A stretch of 64,000 bases of DNA, from assembly GCA_035250975.1 (NCBI GenBank), contig DATFEP010000043.1, positions 1 to 64,000 of the forward strand, given 5' to 3'. The notes under the pieces are model-generated. The model saw nothing but the letters and a program-made list of their open reading frames with translations. It searched no databases and had not been told where the DNA came from. Positions 21,350 to 31,272 of the stretch are shown in pieces. How positions within the stretch are numbered: position 1 is the stretch's first letter; each line of letters opens with the position of its first letter. The DNA is from Nitrososphaeraceae archaeon (GTDB lineage Archaea; Thermoproteota; Nitrososphaeria; Nitrososphaerales; Nitrososphaeraceae). Position numbers and translations under genes: made by a program.

Positions 21350-22240
21350 TTAACTCAATTTTTTGCCACAATCCTCACAGTAAATTGCGTCTGATTCATT
21401 TTGATTCATACATGAACTACATATTTTAGGTTTTGTCTGATTATTTGCAGTATTTACTTCTAATTTATTATTTTGATGACGCGAAATGAGAACTATATCA
21501 CCTATTTTAGAAATATTTGACCATGTTATTTCATCATTTTTATTACTGGTTTGATCTTCAGATAGTACTTTAGTATTATTAACTTTTAATGTTATTTGTA
21601 TAACTCCATTGGAAGATTTTCTAAGACCAATTTCTTTAACATTTCCAACCAACATAGCCTCATTATCATATATTGGCATACCGATTATAGATTGGATTGG
21701 AAAATATTTATCACTTGATATCGTAACCTCTGATGATTCTATTTCATCTTTAACTGCCTTTTGAACCTTTTCTAAATCCTTTTGTTCTATTGAAGATTTT
21801 GATGAAGTAATCTTTTTGTTTTCTTGCCCTGGAGATGAACTAGATATATTTTCTTGTTTTAATTTATTTTTAGAAATTTCGTTCGATGATGGAGATTTCT
21901 TTATCAATTCCTCATCTTTATTAAACTTTCTATATTGAGATATTGTAGATTTACAAGAAGTACATTTGTATTCGCCTTTTTCTACCAATATTACACCCTC
22001 ACCGACCTCTTCATTTGGATTTTCATAAATAATATCAGGAGATTTAGGATAATCCTTTTCACATTTGTTACAATAGTATTTTAAAATTCTATCTTTATCT
22101 AATCTCCCAATTCCGGCTATAAATAATTCCGGTCCTCCAAGGTTTCCTTTTTTTTGTTCACTTTCGGAAACTCGTGCTATTATAAAACCTCCAGAACCAC
22201 GTAGTTTTTTCTCCTTTAAATCTTCATCTTCTGCCATCAT
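21350..22240 (-). CDS. zinc-ribbon plus PRC-barrel domain protein
   Basis: CNKC/CTSC, IIGMPIYD..GNVKEI..WSNISKIGDIVL, C-terminal CSSC..CEDCG. Confidence 0.8.
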   Translation of the reverse strand: MMAEDEDLKEKKLRGSGGFIIARVSESEQKKGNLGGPELFIAGIGRLDKDRILKYYCNKCEKDYPKSPDIIYENPNEEVGEGVILVEKGEYKCTSCKSTISQYRKFNKDEELIKKSPSSNEISKNKLKQENISSSSPGQENKKITSSKSSIEQKDLEKVQKAVKDEIESSEVTISSDKYFPIQSIIGMPIYDNEAMLVGNVKEIGLRKSSNGVIQITLKVNNTKVLSEDQTSNKNDEITWSNISKIGDIVLISRHQNNKLEVNTANNQTKPKICSSCMNQNESDAIYCEDCGKKLS

Positions 22241-22534
22241 AATGAGTAATAGTTCGATCGAAAAACGCTCGTATTAGTGTTTGTATAAATTATATCCAAT
22301 TTTAATACAGACCAGAATATAATTACATTATGGACATAAAAAGAAAACTTGTATATTAAATACTCTTCATTACCATAATACATTTTAGATTTTACTTATT
22401 AAATTAATAATCAATAATAAAATATAAAATCCACACAAGAATGAAATTATTATTAATATTTAAACAATTAATGGGTAATTACCAGTTTAAAGGTTCGGTA
22501 TATATATAATACCTAAAGTGGATATTTAATATAG

Positions 22535-23053
22535 ATGACATCTACAGATAACGAAGAATCTTTTGTTAAAATATCAAATTTGATAGGTGGTGAAGAATAT
22601 CAGAGAGTAGCTAAAGCATTATTAAATACACAAGATGCCACAGATGAAGAGATAGCTAGCGCAACTGGAATGAGAATTAATATCATTAGAAAGGTGTTGT
22701 ATGACATGTTCGGAAAAGCTTTGATCACGGGTATTCGTGTTAAGGATGAAAAAAAAGGATGGTTTGTATATAGATGGCGTGCTAAAAGCGACCAGGTTGA
22801 TAATTTTATTGACAACCAGAAGAAAAAGATCTTAGAAAGATTACAAAAAAGATTAGAATACGAGGAGTCGTCAGAATTTTATCATTGTGGAAATAATGAA
22901 TGTCAAAGAATAAAATTTGATGTAGCAATAGAATCATTTTTTAAGTGTCCCACATGTAAGGGTAACCTTGCTATGGTAGATAATAACTATACAAAAGAAG
23001 CATTAAGATATAAGATAGATCAGATTATGTCTGAAGTTTCTTTAGATAGATAG
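22535..23053 (+). CDS. tfe: transcription factor E (TFE alpha)
   Basis: wHTH TDEEIA..RKVLY, GWFVYRW, Zn ribbon FKCPTC. Confidence 0.92.
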   Translation: MTSTDNEESFVKISNLIGGEEYQRVAKALLNTQDATDEEIASATGMRINIIRKVLYDMFGKALITGIRVKDEKKGWFVYRWRAKSDQVDNFIDNQKKKILERLQKRLEYEESSEFYHCGNNECQRIKFDVAIESFFKCPTCKGNLAMVDNNYTKEALRYKIDQIMSEVSLDR

Positions 23054-23066
23054 AACCTGGTGTAAA

Positions 23067-23732
23067 TCATATTTTATAATGTAATACTATTTCTCCATTA
23101 CGATATCTGATCAGTCTCGCAAGTTTTAGATTTATTCCTGCGGAGATCTTTGGATATCCAGTACCTTCTACCAATGTTATTGCGTTTTTTCCCCCTATAA
23201 TTTTCGGAGATATTGTTAATATTAATTTGGTAACAAGTCCAGAAGAAAGACATGACCAATTAATTTCTCCTCCTCCTTCTACCAAAATTTTTTTATATCC
23301 CATTTTATATAAAACATCAAACAATTTTGGCAAATCCACTGATTTTGTACCTATGACAAATACCTTTGCACCAAAAGAATTGATTTTTTTTATTATATCA
23401 GCATGAGTTTTTTTTGTAACTATTATAAGAGTATCTATAAAAGAAGCACTTTTCAGAATTTTTGAATCTAGGGGTATTTTACCAGTACTGTCGATGATAA
23501 TTCGTGTAGGTATTTTTCTTTTTGAATTAGATAGTCTAACATTCAGCATTGGATCGTCAATTATCACAGTATTGATTCCTACCATAATTGCATCAACATT
23601 GGAACGTAATTTGTGTAAACGAATCAAGTCTTCTCGAGAGGAAATTTTCGAGTCACCTATAGAAGAAGAGATTTTTCCATCTACAGTCATTGCTGAATTA
23701 ATTATTATTTGCAGGTCAGAATGTAATATCAT
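23067..23732 (-). CDS. arfC: 2,5-diamino-6-ribosylamino-4(3H)-pyrimidinone 5'-phosphate reductase (RibD C-terminal type)
   Basis: AMTVDGKI, VGINTVIIDDP, VEGGG; no deaminase domain. Confidence 0.88.
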   Translation of the reverse strand: MILHSDLQIIINSAMTVDGKISSSIGDSKISSREDLIRLHKLRSNVDAIMVGINTVIIDDPMLNVRLSNSKRKIPTRIIIDSTGKIPLDSKILKSASFIDTLIIVTKKTHADIIKKINSFGAKVFVIGTKSVDLPKLFDVLYKMGYKKILVEGGGEINWSCLSSGLVTKLILTISPKIIGGKNAITLVEGTGYPKISAGINLKLARLIRYRNGEIVLHYKI

Positions 23733-25008
23733 TTACAAATCTTCCATTTATCATTACTGATTTAATTGCGTCATAAGAAAGACGATGTATTATGGAAGAA
23801 TAAACATTGTGAATTGGTTGTAGATCCAAATGAAATTTATCAATAAATAACAGATCAGCAAATTTTCCTTTATCTATTGATCCAGAATTTAACCTAAAAA
23901 GTTCTCCCGGATTGACTGTAATCATCTTTAATAATTCTTTCAATTTAACAGTAGTAGAATATCTCGGACTCGGTGATTTGAACACTTTCCACAAATAGTC
24001 TAACTCGCGTAAAAGATCCGGAGAATTAACCATAATATTATCAGTACCAATAGCAATTTTGCATCCCAATTTTAACATCGACATCACATCAGGAATTCCA
24101 TTTCCAAGAATACCATTAGATCTCGGACATAAAACTATACCAATCTTATTTTTTGATGCTAGCATAAGATCATTTAAACTTGCATGTGTCATGTGAACTA
24201 GGATATTAGGTTTCAGAAAGGTAATTATTCTCTCGACTTCAGTTTTTTTAGTATATTTGTTTGAGAAATCCAAAGTTTTTTTAGATTCAGCAGCATGAAT
24301 GGCAATAATTTTTCTTTTCTTTAGGTATTGTTCCTGAAATTTTCCAATAGTTGATCGATATTGTTTGAGAGCAGAATCTGTATTTTCGTTTGCTCCGCTT
24401 ATTCCCAAGCCATCACTTAATTTCAGTAGATCATGGATAGAAGACAGAATCCTTGAGGGTATACTTGGATCATAGAATTTATTGTCTTTTTGTCTTCCAA
24501 ACATTTGTATCTCTTTTAAATCAAAGTAATATTCTATTCTTCCCAAGATTACCGATTTTATTGGCAGACCAGTTAAAGAATCTAATAGCAATTGAACGCC
24601 CTGTACACCGCCTTCTCTAAAATCTACAAATGTTACTATGCCTTTTTTTATCATGCTGATTGCGGAATTTCGAATGAAATATTTTATATGTCTCTGATTA
24701 CTATTTGTTAATATCTTTCTTTTAATTCCATAAACTGGATGAATTTGCTCTTCAAATTTAAAATCCATCGATATATCTTTTCCTATTGAATCTGCAATAT
24801 GAGTATGGGCATTAATCAATCCAGGTATAACAAGTAATCCTTCTCCATCAAAAACCTGAGTAGCCTTATTCTCATCAGTACATGAATACTTATCAATTGA
24901 TCCTGCATCAAGAATAATCCCTTGATTATTAATATTTATAAATCCGTGATCAATAAACGTTAAATCTTTTCCATAAAGTAAGCTTATGTTTTTAATTAAT
25001 ATAGTCAT
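23716..25008 (-). CDS. amidohydrolase-superfamily metalloenzyme within riboflavin operon
   Basis: PGLINAHTH, HAAE, VHMTH, CPRSN, GTDN; overlaps both neighbours. Confidence 0.88.
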   Translation of the reverse strand: MTILIKNISLLYGKDLTFIDHGFININNQGIILDAGSIDKYSCTDENKATQVFDGEGLLVIPGLINAHTHIADSIGKDISMDFKFEEQIHPVYGIKRKILTNSNQRHIKYFIRNSAISMIKKGIVTFVDFREGGVQGVQLLLDSLTGLPIKSVILGRIEYYFDLKEIQMFGRQKDNKFYDPSIPSRILSSIHDLLKLSDGLGISGANENTDSALKQYRSTIGKFQEQYLKKRKIIAIHAAESKKTLDFSNKYTKKTEVERIITFLKPNILVHMTHASLNDLMLASKNKIGIVLCPRSNGILGNGIPDVMSMLKLGCKIAIGTDNIMVNSPDLLRELDYLWKVFKSPSPRYSTTVKLKELLKMITVNPGELFRLNSGSIDKGKFADLLFIDKFHLDLQPIHNVYSSIIHRLSYDAIKSVMINGRFVNDITF

Positions 25009-25778
25009 AATGATTCATAGATATTCAGAATTTTACCTTCATTTCGTAATTTTCTTATAGTATCAAGTGATTTTGTTGCTTTTTTAGCAGCTTCTCTTGA
25101 TGTGGTTCCAGATCCTATTCCACAATTCAAATTCACTGCGGATTCGTCGTATATAACATCAAGTAAATCACAAATTTCAGAATCCTTCAAGTCATCAGCA
25201 AGTACCATAAAATTGTCTCCTCCCAAAAAGAAAGTTAATGATTTTTTTTTGAGAAATTTATCGATAAGCATTACATATATTTTCATCACTTGAGAAGTAA
25301 CTTCATATGGCGATAATCTAGATTCTATTCTTGAGGAATTATTTATATCAATATGAAGGATTTTGATACGATGATCACTATTGGTTTTCTCTAAATTCAA
25401 ATAATTATCAGAATTGCAATAAATTAAAAAAGGGGAATCAAAAATTTTTTTTTCTTTTCTAGCTTTATAGGCCCCATTATTAGCTTCTATTGGAGTGTTT
25501 CCTATCCCTATAGAAATTGACAAGTTCAGATCTGGATACATTTTATAAATTTCTGTAATTATTTTCACATGGTCCTCGATTGATAAAGTATTGGAAACTA
25601 CAAAATATTCATCAAATCGATTAAAGAATACTAAACAATTTTTTTTTGAAAATAATTTTTGTAGATCACCATATATTTGAGATTGAAGAATTTGCAATTG
25701 TGCTTCTCTATCACTCCCTAAGGTTAGAGTCCAAGGACCGTATCCCTCAATTTTCAAGATTGATATTTGAATAGTCAT
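25005..25778 (-). CDS. gch3: GTP cyclohydrolase III
   Basis: YGPWTLTLGSDREAQLQ, RFD, FFLGGDNFM. Confidence 0.92.
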   Translation of the reverse strand: MTIQISILKIEGYGPWTLTLGSDREAQLQILQSQIYGDLQKLFSKKNCLVFFNRFDEYFVVSNTLSIEDHVKIITEIYKMYPDLNLSISIGIGNTPIEANNGAYKARKEKKIFDSPFLIYCNSDNYLNLEKTNSDHRIKILHIDINNSSRIESRLSPYEVTSQVMKIYVMLIDKFLKKKSLTFFLGGDNFMVLADDLKDSEICDLLDVIYDESAVNLNCGIGSGTTSREAAKKATKSLDTIRKLRNEGKILNIYESL

Positions 25779-26236
25779 TTTATGATAATCGTTTCATTTT
25801 GTAGGTTATCAATTTCATTGATTTTTTGTAATCTTGTTACCATATTTACTGCAGCATTTACCGTTCTTATTGGTACTATTTTTACTCTTTCCCAAGCTTG
25901 GTCCAGCGTCATATCAGGTCCAGAAATTCCAAGCAAAATCGGCTTTTTATATTTAAGTGATAAATCTGCTAAAAGTCTAGCAGTATTTTCTGCCACTATA
26001 ATATCATGTTTAGTATCCCCCTTGATAACTGCTCCCAATGTAACTATAGCATCAACATTAGGTTTCTTTAGTAAACTGCTGATCATTATTGGCATATCAA
26101 AAGTACCAGGAACATAACATATGTAGCTTATAATCGCTCCCAACTTTGATGCTTGAGATTTAGCTTCTTCTAACATGTTACTAGTAACATCATTATTAAA
26201 TTCTGAAACTACGATTCCTATTCTGATAGGAAACAA
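25775..26236 (-). CDS. ribH: 6,7-dimethyl-8-ribityllumazine synthase
   Basis: VVSEFN, VPGTFDMP, GAVIKGDTKHD. Confidence 0.95.
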   Translation of the reverse strand: MFPIRIGIVVSEFNNDVTSNMLEEAKSQASKLGAIISYICYVPGTFDMPIMISSLLKKPNVDAIVTLGAVIKGDTKHDIIVAENTARLLADLSLKYKKPILLGISGPDMTLDQAWERVKIVPIRTVNAAVNMVTRLQKINEIDNLQNETIIIK

Positions 26237-26244
26237 TTCTAAAA

Positions 26245-26946
26245 TTAAACCACCGAATATGTTTTTAATTGATTAGATTCTAGCAAGGGAATACCGGTCT
26301 TTGCCGCATAGATATTAGCTTCATCAATTGATAACGATCCGTAAGTTTTAGAATCAAGCATCTCACAAATTGCAACAACAGGCGTAATTCCAGCAAGTTT
26401 TGCCAAGTATACTGCAAGCTCAGTATGACCAAATCTTTCTTTTAATAGACCTGATGCAGCAATTAGAAGAGGGACATGACCTGGTGTCCTGAAATTATTA
26501 ATAAAGTCAGATATTCCACCATTATCGATATTTTTACAGGCTGACGCGAGCATGGATATGGTCAACGCCCTATCGTGATCGGTTATTCCAGTGTATGTTT
26601 GACGATGATTGACAGAAATTGAAAACGAAGGTTTATCACCGTATGGTGCACGACCGTTTGTCATGGTGAGAAACAAATTATTTACACTAGGAGTATTATT
26701 GAAAATATCGTGTAAATACGATAAGCCTAATTTTTTAGATATCAAACCGTCGATGGCTAAACATAGCAAACCGCCTGCATCATTTCTCATTGTTGCTATA
26801 TGTTTCGGTGTGATGTTCTCACCAGCCACAATCATATCTATCTCATTTTCTCGATTTTTATCATCATGGACTAGAACAAACTTGCCTTGACGCAATGCGA
26901 GTATAGCTTTATCTATCGCTGACAAACAATAGATAAATAAAACCAT
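26245..26946 (-). CDS. ribB: 3,4-dihydroxy-2-butanone 4-phosphate synthase
   Basis: DDKNRENE, TGITDHDR, PGHV, RFGHTE, CEMLD. Confidence 0.95.
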   Translation of the reverse strand: MVLFIYCLSAIDKAILALRQGKFVLVHDDKNRENEIDMIVAGENITPKHIATMRNDAGGLLCLAIDGLISKKLGLSYLHDIFNNTPSVNNLFLTMTNGRAPYGDKPSFSISVNHRQTYTGITDHDRALTISMLASACKNIDNGGISDFINNFRTPGHVPLLIAASGLLKERFGHTELAVYLAKLAGITPVVAICEMLDSKTYGSLSIDEANIYAAKTGIPLLESNQLKTYSVV

Positions 26947-26981
26947 ATTTATTATATAGTTTACTATAATTTTTGTTATTA

Positions 26982-27602
26982 CTACTTTTTTGGTAATAGT
27001 TTAGATATATATTTTCCAACGATATCAAATTCAATATTTACTGGATCCCCTATCGACTTGATGCCGAAGGTAGTGTTTTTTAAGGTGTGAGGGATCAATG
27101 AGATAGAAAATAGAAGACCAGTTACATCTACTACAGTTAAGCTTATTCCGTCTATTGCGATAGAACCTTTTGAAACTATAAATGACAGCATCTCTTTTTT
27201 TTCCTCTGGTATTTTGATAACAATTTTTGTTTCTGTAGGAAATATTATTTTATCATGAATTATTCCGATACAATCAACATGACCCTGAACAAAATGTCCA
27301 TCAAAACGACCAGACGCTCGCATGCTTCTTTCAATGTTTGTTTTATCGCCTTTCTTTATTAAATTCAAACAGGTTCTCTTTACAGTTTCACCAACTAATT
27401 CGAATTCTGCAATACCATTACGAAGATTAGTAATTGTTAAACAGGTACCGTTTACACATATACTTTGACCTATTTTTAGACCTTTACCTAATCCTTTAAG
27501 ATCTATTCTAAGTTTGATTTCTGGAGAGGATTTGGGTATATTATTTTTTAAATATTTAATAGATTTTACCTCGCACAAAGATTCGACTATACCTGTAAAC
27601 AT
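26982..27602 (-). CDS. ribE: riboflavin synthase, bacterial alpha-chain type
   Basis: MFTGIVE start, GTCLT, GHFVQGHVD, GISLTV. Confidence 0.93.
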   Translation of the reverse strand: MFTGIVESLCEVKSIKYLKNNIPKSSPEIKLRIDLKGLGKGLKIGQSICVNGTCLTITNLRNGIAEFELVGETVKRTCLNLIKKGDKTNIERSMRASGRFDGHFVQGHVDCIGIIHDKIIFPTETKIVIKIPEEKKEMLSFIVSKGSIAIDGISLTVVDVTGLLFSISLIPHTLKNTTFGIKSIGDPVNIEFDIVGKYISKLLPKK

Positions 27603-27743
27603 TTCCAAAATATCATTTATCAATTATTAATAAAATTATATCGATTTTAAAAATGTAAGTTGATTAGAAAAATGAATATCTTTCTTTTATTAATTCACAT
27701 CAAAGATATTTTAAATATTAAATGGGGTGATAATACATAGAAG

Positions 27744-28574
27744 TTGACGATAATAATTAGAAAGGATTCTTATTTTTTAAATCTTCTAAAAAGGAACCTC
27801 AAAGAATATTACGATACTAGAAGAAGATTGGATAACATTATTCATATATCAGACATATTACCATCGAATTGTCTAAGAAAACAATACTATACCAGAAAAA
27901 TTCCCGAGAAGAATATCTTATCAGACGAATTAATCCAACATTTTATCAGAGGAGAATCTAGTGAATTTGTGATCTCAAAATTGTCAAATATTGGTGTAAC
28001 ACAAAATGAATTAAAAATTGAAGAATTGGTTGCACATCCAGATATAATGAATGAAGAAATGATTGTTGAGTTAAAGGATACAACAAGCCATAAACGCTTG
28101 GACATAAATGACAGGAAATTTAGGTCGTATTTAAGACAATTACTATATTACTTGGTTATCTCGGGGTTAGAAAAAGGAATTATTTCTATCAGATATACGA
28201 ACGATGAACTTAAGTTTATAAAAAGCGATCTGGAAGGAGATTATTTTTTTAGACCTAATAAAGCTAAAAAACAGCAAATAGAAAGTTGGAGAGTTTTCTT
28301 ACCAAAGGATGACATAATTAGAGAGATATTAAAAAATGAGATGATTAGAAGGAAGAATTTGTTATTAAAAGCAATTGTTGAAGATGATGTTTCAATATTA
28401 CCAAGAATACCTGAATCAAAAAGAGGAAATATATGTACTAAATGTGAATATTTCCACATGTGTATGGATATAGATGACGAAACTAAAGAAGCGGTAGATA
28501 TGTCAAAAGAATTAGATGTATTTGACATCAAAGGAATAATAGACTTCAAACCTATTTTTGAAGATGGAAGTTAA
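27744..28574 (+). CDS. solo Cas4-like PD-(D/E)XK nuclease with Fe-S motif
   Basis: CLRKQYY, HPD, ELK, QLLYY and C-terminal CTKCEYFHMC. Confidence 0.8.
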   Translation: MTIIIRKDSYFLNLLKRNLKEYYDTRRRLDNIIHISDILPSNCLRKQYYTRKIPEKNILSDELIQHFIRGESSEFVISKLSNIGVTQNELKIEELVAHPDIMNEEMIVELKDTTSHKRLDINDRKFRSYLRQLLYYLVISGLEKGIISIRYTNDELKFIKSDLEGDYFFRPNKAKKQQIESWRVFLPKDDIIREILKNEMIRRKNLLLKAIVEDDVSILPRIPESKRGNICTKCEYFHMCMDIDDETKEAVDMSKELDVFDIKGIIDFKPIFEDGS

Positions 28575-28758
28575 AATAAATAAAAAAATTAAAGAAAAAG
28601 ATAATTATTAAGTCCTTTTAGAATATAAAATTGGTTTATATATTAGAAAATTATTCGCCTATAATACTTTTAGAATCGTCAAAAGTGGATCATATTAGAT
28701 TTGCTTGAAAAAACAAGCAAGGTTATAATATCATATAACTCAAAATTAAGAATATCTT

Positions 28759-30231
28759 ATGGATAATATTGTAACCAAACGAGGAAATCATGTAGTCGAA
28801 AAAACCAGTGAATTTGTATACACGATACATGCCAACCAATCAAAAAAAATGAATGTCCCCGTTACAGTCTATGCTGATGATAATCTATTATTAAAAATGA
28901 CTGAAGATAGAACCCTTGATCAGGCTGTGAATGTTTCAACTTTACCCGGAGTAAGAAAACATATAGTTGTATTGCCGGATGGTCATGAAGGATATGGATT
29001 CCCGGTAGGAGGTGTTGCCGCTACAGATTTAGAAGAAGGAGTGATCAGCCCTGGTGGAGTAGGATACGATATCAATTGTGGTGTTAGATTGCTTAGATCC
29101 AATCTAAAAGCAGATGATGGTAGAAAGCAATTAAAAAATCTTGTCAATGAATTGTTTGTTGCTATACCTTCTGGAGTTGGAAGTGAAGGTACTATTAAAC
29201 TCAATAAATCAGAATTAAATGACTTGCTAGTCGAAGGAGTTGATTGGGCCATTCAACACGGGTATGGATTAGAACAGGATGCAGAGGTATGCGAAGAGAA
29301 TGGCAGAATGCTAGGAGCAGATCCTGAAAGTGTTTCAGAAACAGCAAGAAAAAGGGGAGCTCCTCAATTAGGAAGTTTAGGTTCTGGAAACCATTTTCTT
29401 GAAATACAAGAAATTCAACAAATTTTTGATGAGAAAGCTGCAAAAGTAATGGGACTTGAGGAAGGACAATTAACAGTATTGATCCACTGTGGTTCAAGAG
29501 GATTTGGGCACCAAGTTTGTAGCGACTATCTCAGATATTCTGAACAAGCACTAAGGAAATATAAAATTGAACTGATTGATCGAGAATTAGCATGTGTTCC
29601 AAATAATTCTCCAGAGGGAGAAAATTATAGAAAAGCAATGTATTGTGCTCTGAATTTTGCCTGGTCCAATAGACAAATGATAACTCATTTTACAAGACGG
29701 GTATTTGAAAAGATATTTTCAATGTCTGAAACAGAATTGGATTTGAAGTTGGTTTATGATGTGGCACATAATATAGCCAAGATAGAGCGACATAGAATAG
29801 ATGGTGAAGGAATGAGAGAGGTGGTTGTACACAGAAAGGGTGCAACGAGGGCTTTTCCAGCAGGAATGGATCAAATTCCTAGTAAGTATCGCGCTATCGG
29901 GCAACCAGTTATAATACCTGGATCTATGGGAACCGCAAGTTGGATATTATTAGGAAATGAAAAATCTCTTGATCTAAGTTTTGGATCCACTGCTCATGGT
30001 GCAGGAAGAACTATGTCAAGAGGTGCAGCAAAAAGAAGTTTCACAGTCGATGATGTAAAAAGAGGATTAGAATCTAAGGGAATATATATTAAATCATTAA
30101 CGAAAAATGGAATAGTAGAAGAAACTCCTATGGCCTATAAAGATGTGGATTCTGTGGTTAATGTATCTGATTATCTAGGAATTGCAACTAAAGTAGCAAA
30201 ACTAATACCAGTTGGAGTGATCAAAGGCTAA
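28759..30231 (+). CDS. rtcB: RNA-splicing ligase RtcB
   Basis: PDGHEGYGFPVGG, DINCG, GSGNHF, HGAGR. Confidence 0.97.
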   Translation: MDNIVTKRGNHVVEKTSEFVYTIHANQSKKMNVPVTVYADDNLLLKMTEDRTLDQAVNVSTLPGVRKHIVVLPDGHEGYGFPVGGVAATDLEEGVISPGGVGYDINCGVRLLRSNLKADDGRKQLKNLVNELFVAIPSGVGSEGTIKLNKSELNDLLVEGVDWAIQHGYGLEQDAEVCEENGRMLGADPESVSETARKRGAPQLGSLGSGNHFLEIQEIQQIFDEKAAKVMGLEEGQLTVLIHCGSRGFGHQVCSDYLRYSEQALRKYKIELIDRELACVPNNSPEGENYRKAMYCALNFAWSNRQMITHFTRRVFEKIFSMSETELDLKLVYDVAHNIAKIERHRIDGEGMREVVVHRKGATRAFPAGMDQIPSKYRAIGQPVIIPGSMGTASWILLGNEKSLDLSFGSTAHGAGRTMSRGAAKRSFTVDDVKRGLESKGIYIKSLTKNGIVEETPMAYKDVDSVVNVSDYLGIATKVAKLIPVGVIKG

Positions 30232-30232
30232 C

Positions 30233-30640
30233 ATGAACGAAGATCGTGATATAGAAATCCTAAAAGCAAAAAAAATGAAAGAGATTATGGAAAGAATGAT
30301 TAAGCAACAAAAAGAAAAGACATTGAAAGAAATGAAGATTAAAAATATTTCCTTAGAAAAAGAAGCTATTTTATCATATCTATACGATAGAGGCGATGAG
30401 GTTTTAGCTCTAGCTGAATTGCAGTTTCCAGAGCAAACGAAAATAATAATTAGTAGAATTTTAGAACTTATCAAAGAAGGTGAGATTACAAAAAAAATAT
30501 CAGGCGGAGAACTCCTCTCTTTATTTCGTTCCTTGGGATTAAACGTTAAAGTAAAAACTACCATAAAGATTGAAGAGCATGGAAAATATGTATCATTTGC
30601 AGATAAACTAAAACAAGATAAAGAAAATGATAATTTGTAG
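30233..30640 (+). CDS. PDCD5-like double-stranded DNA-binding protein
   Basis: basic helical N-terminus, GEITKKISGGELLSLFRSLG; adjacent to rtcB. Confidence 0.7.
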   Translation: MNEDRDIEILKAKKMKEIMERMIKQQKEKTLKEMKIKNISLEKEAILSYLYDRGDEVLALAELQFPEQTKIIISRILELIKEGEITKKISGGELLSLFRSLGLNVKVKTTIKIEEHGKYVSFADKLKQDKENDNL

Positions 30641-30819
30641 AATTTAAACGTCAATTATTATCGTATATATTAAGGATATATATCTACGAACATTATTATA
30701 AGAGATTGAAGGATCTTTGGTTATTATATTAGTAAGATCATAGTATTAAAATCATACTTAATGATGTCTTGTTCAAAACAATAAATATTATTGATATAAA
30801 ATAGAAAATTGAAGAATTT

Positions 30820-31227
30820 TTAAACTCTTCTGCCCCTTCTGCCGCCCGGTTTTCTAGTTGTATCGTGTGGTACAGGTGTAACATCATCAATTCTACCTAT
30901 TCTGAATCCAGCTCTGGCCAAAGCTCTTATTGCAGCTTGTGCTCCAGGACCAGGTATTCTAGGACCCACACCACCCACTGCTCGAACACGAATATGTAGT
31001 GCATTTATCCCTTTACTTTTTGCAGCATCTGCTGCTGATACAGCTGATTTCATAGCTGCATAAGGAGAGGATTCATATCTATCTGCAGTAACATGTCTTC
31101 CTCCTGAGCTAAAAGAAATAGTTTCAGCACCACTGATATCCGTGATGTGAACTAATGTATTATTATAACTACTAAAAATATGAGCTACACCCCATTTATA
31201 TTGAGTGATTTCTTCGTTTTCGGACAT
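30820..31227 (-). CDS. rps11: 30S ribosomal protein S11 (uS11)
   Basis: [29 protein letters not shown]. Confidence 0.98.
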   Translation of the reverse strand: MSENEEITQYKWGVAHIFSSYNNTLVHITDISGAETISFSSGGRHVTADRYESSPYAAMKSAVSAADAAKSKGINALHIRVRAVGGVGPRIPGPGAQAAIRALARAGFRIGRIDDVTPVPHDTTRKPGGRRGRRV

Positions 31228-31272
31228 GATTGATATCTCATCAGATGAGGATATTAAAACTTTATCAATGGA

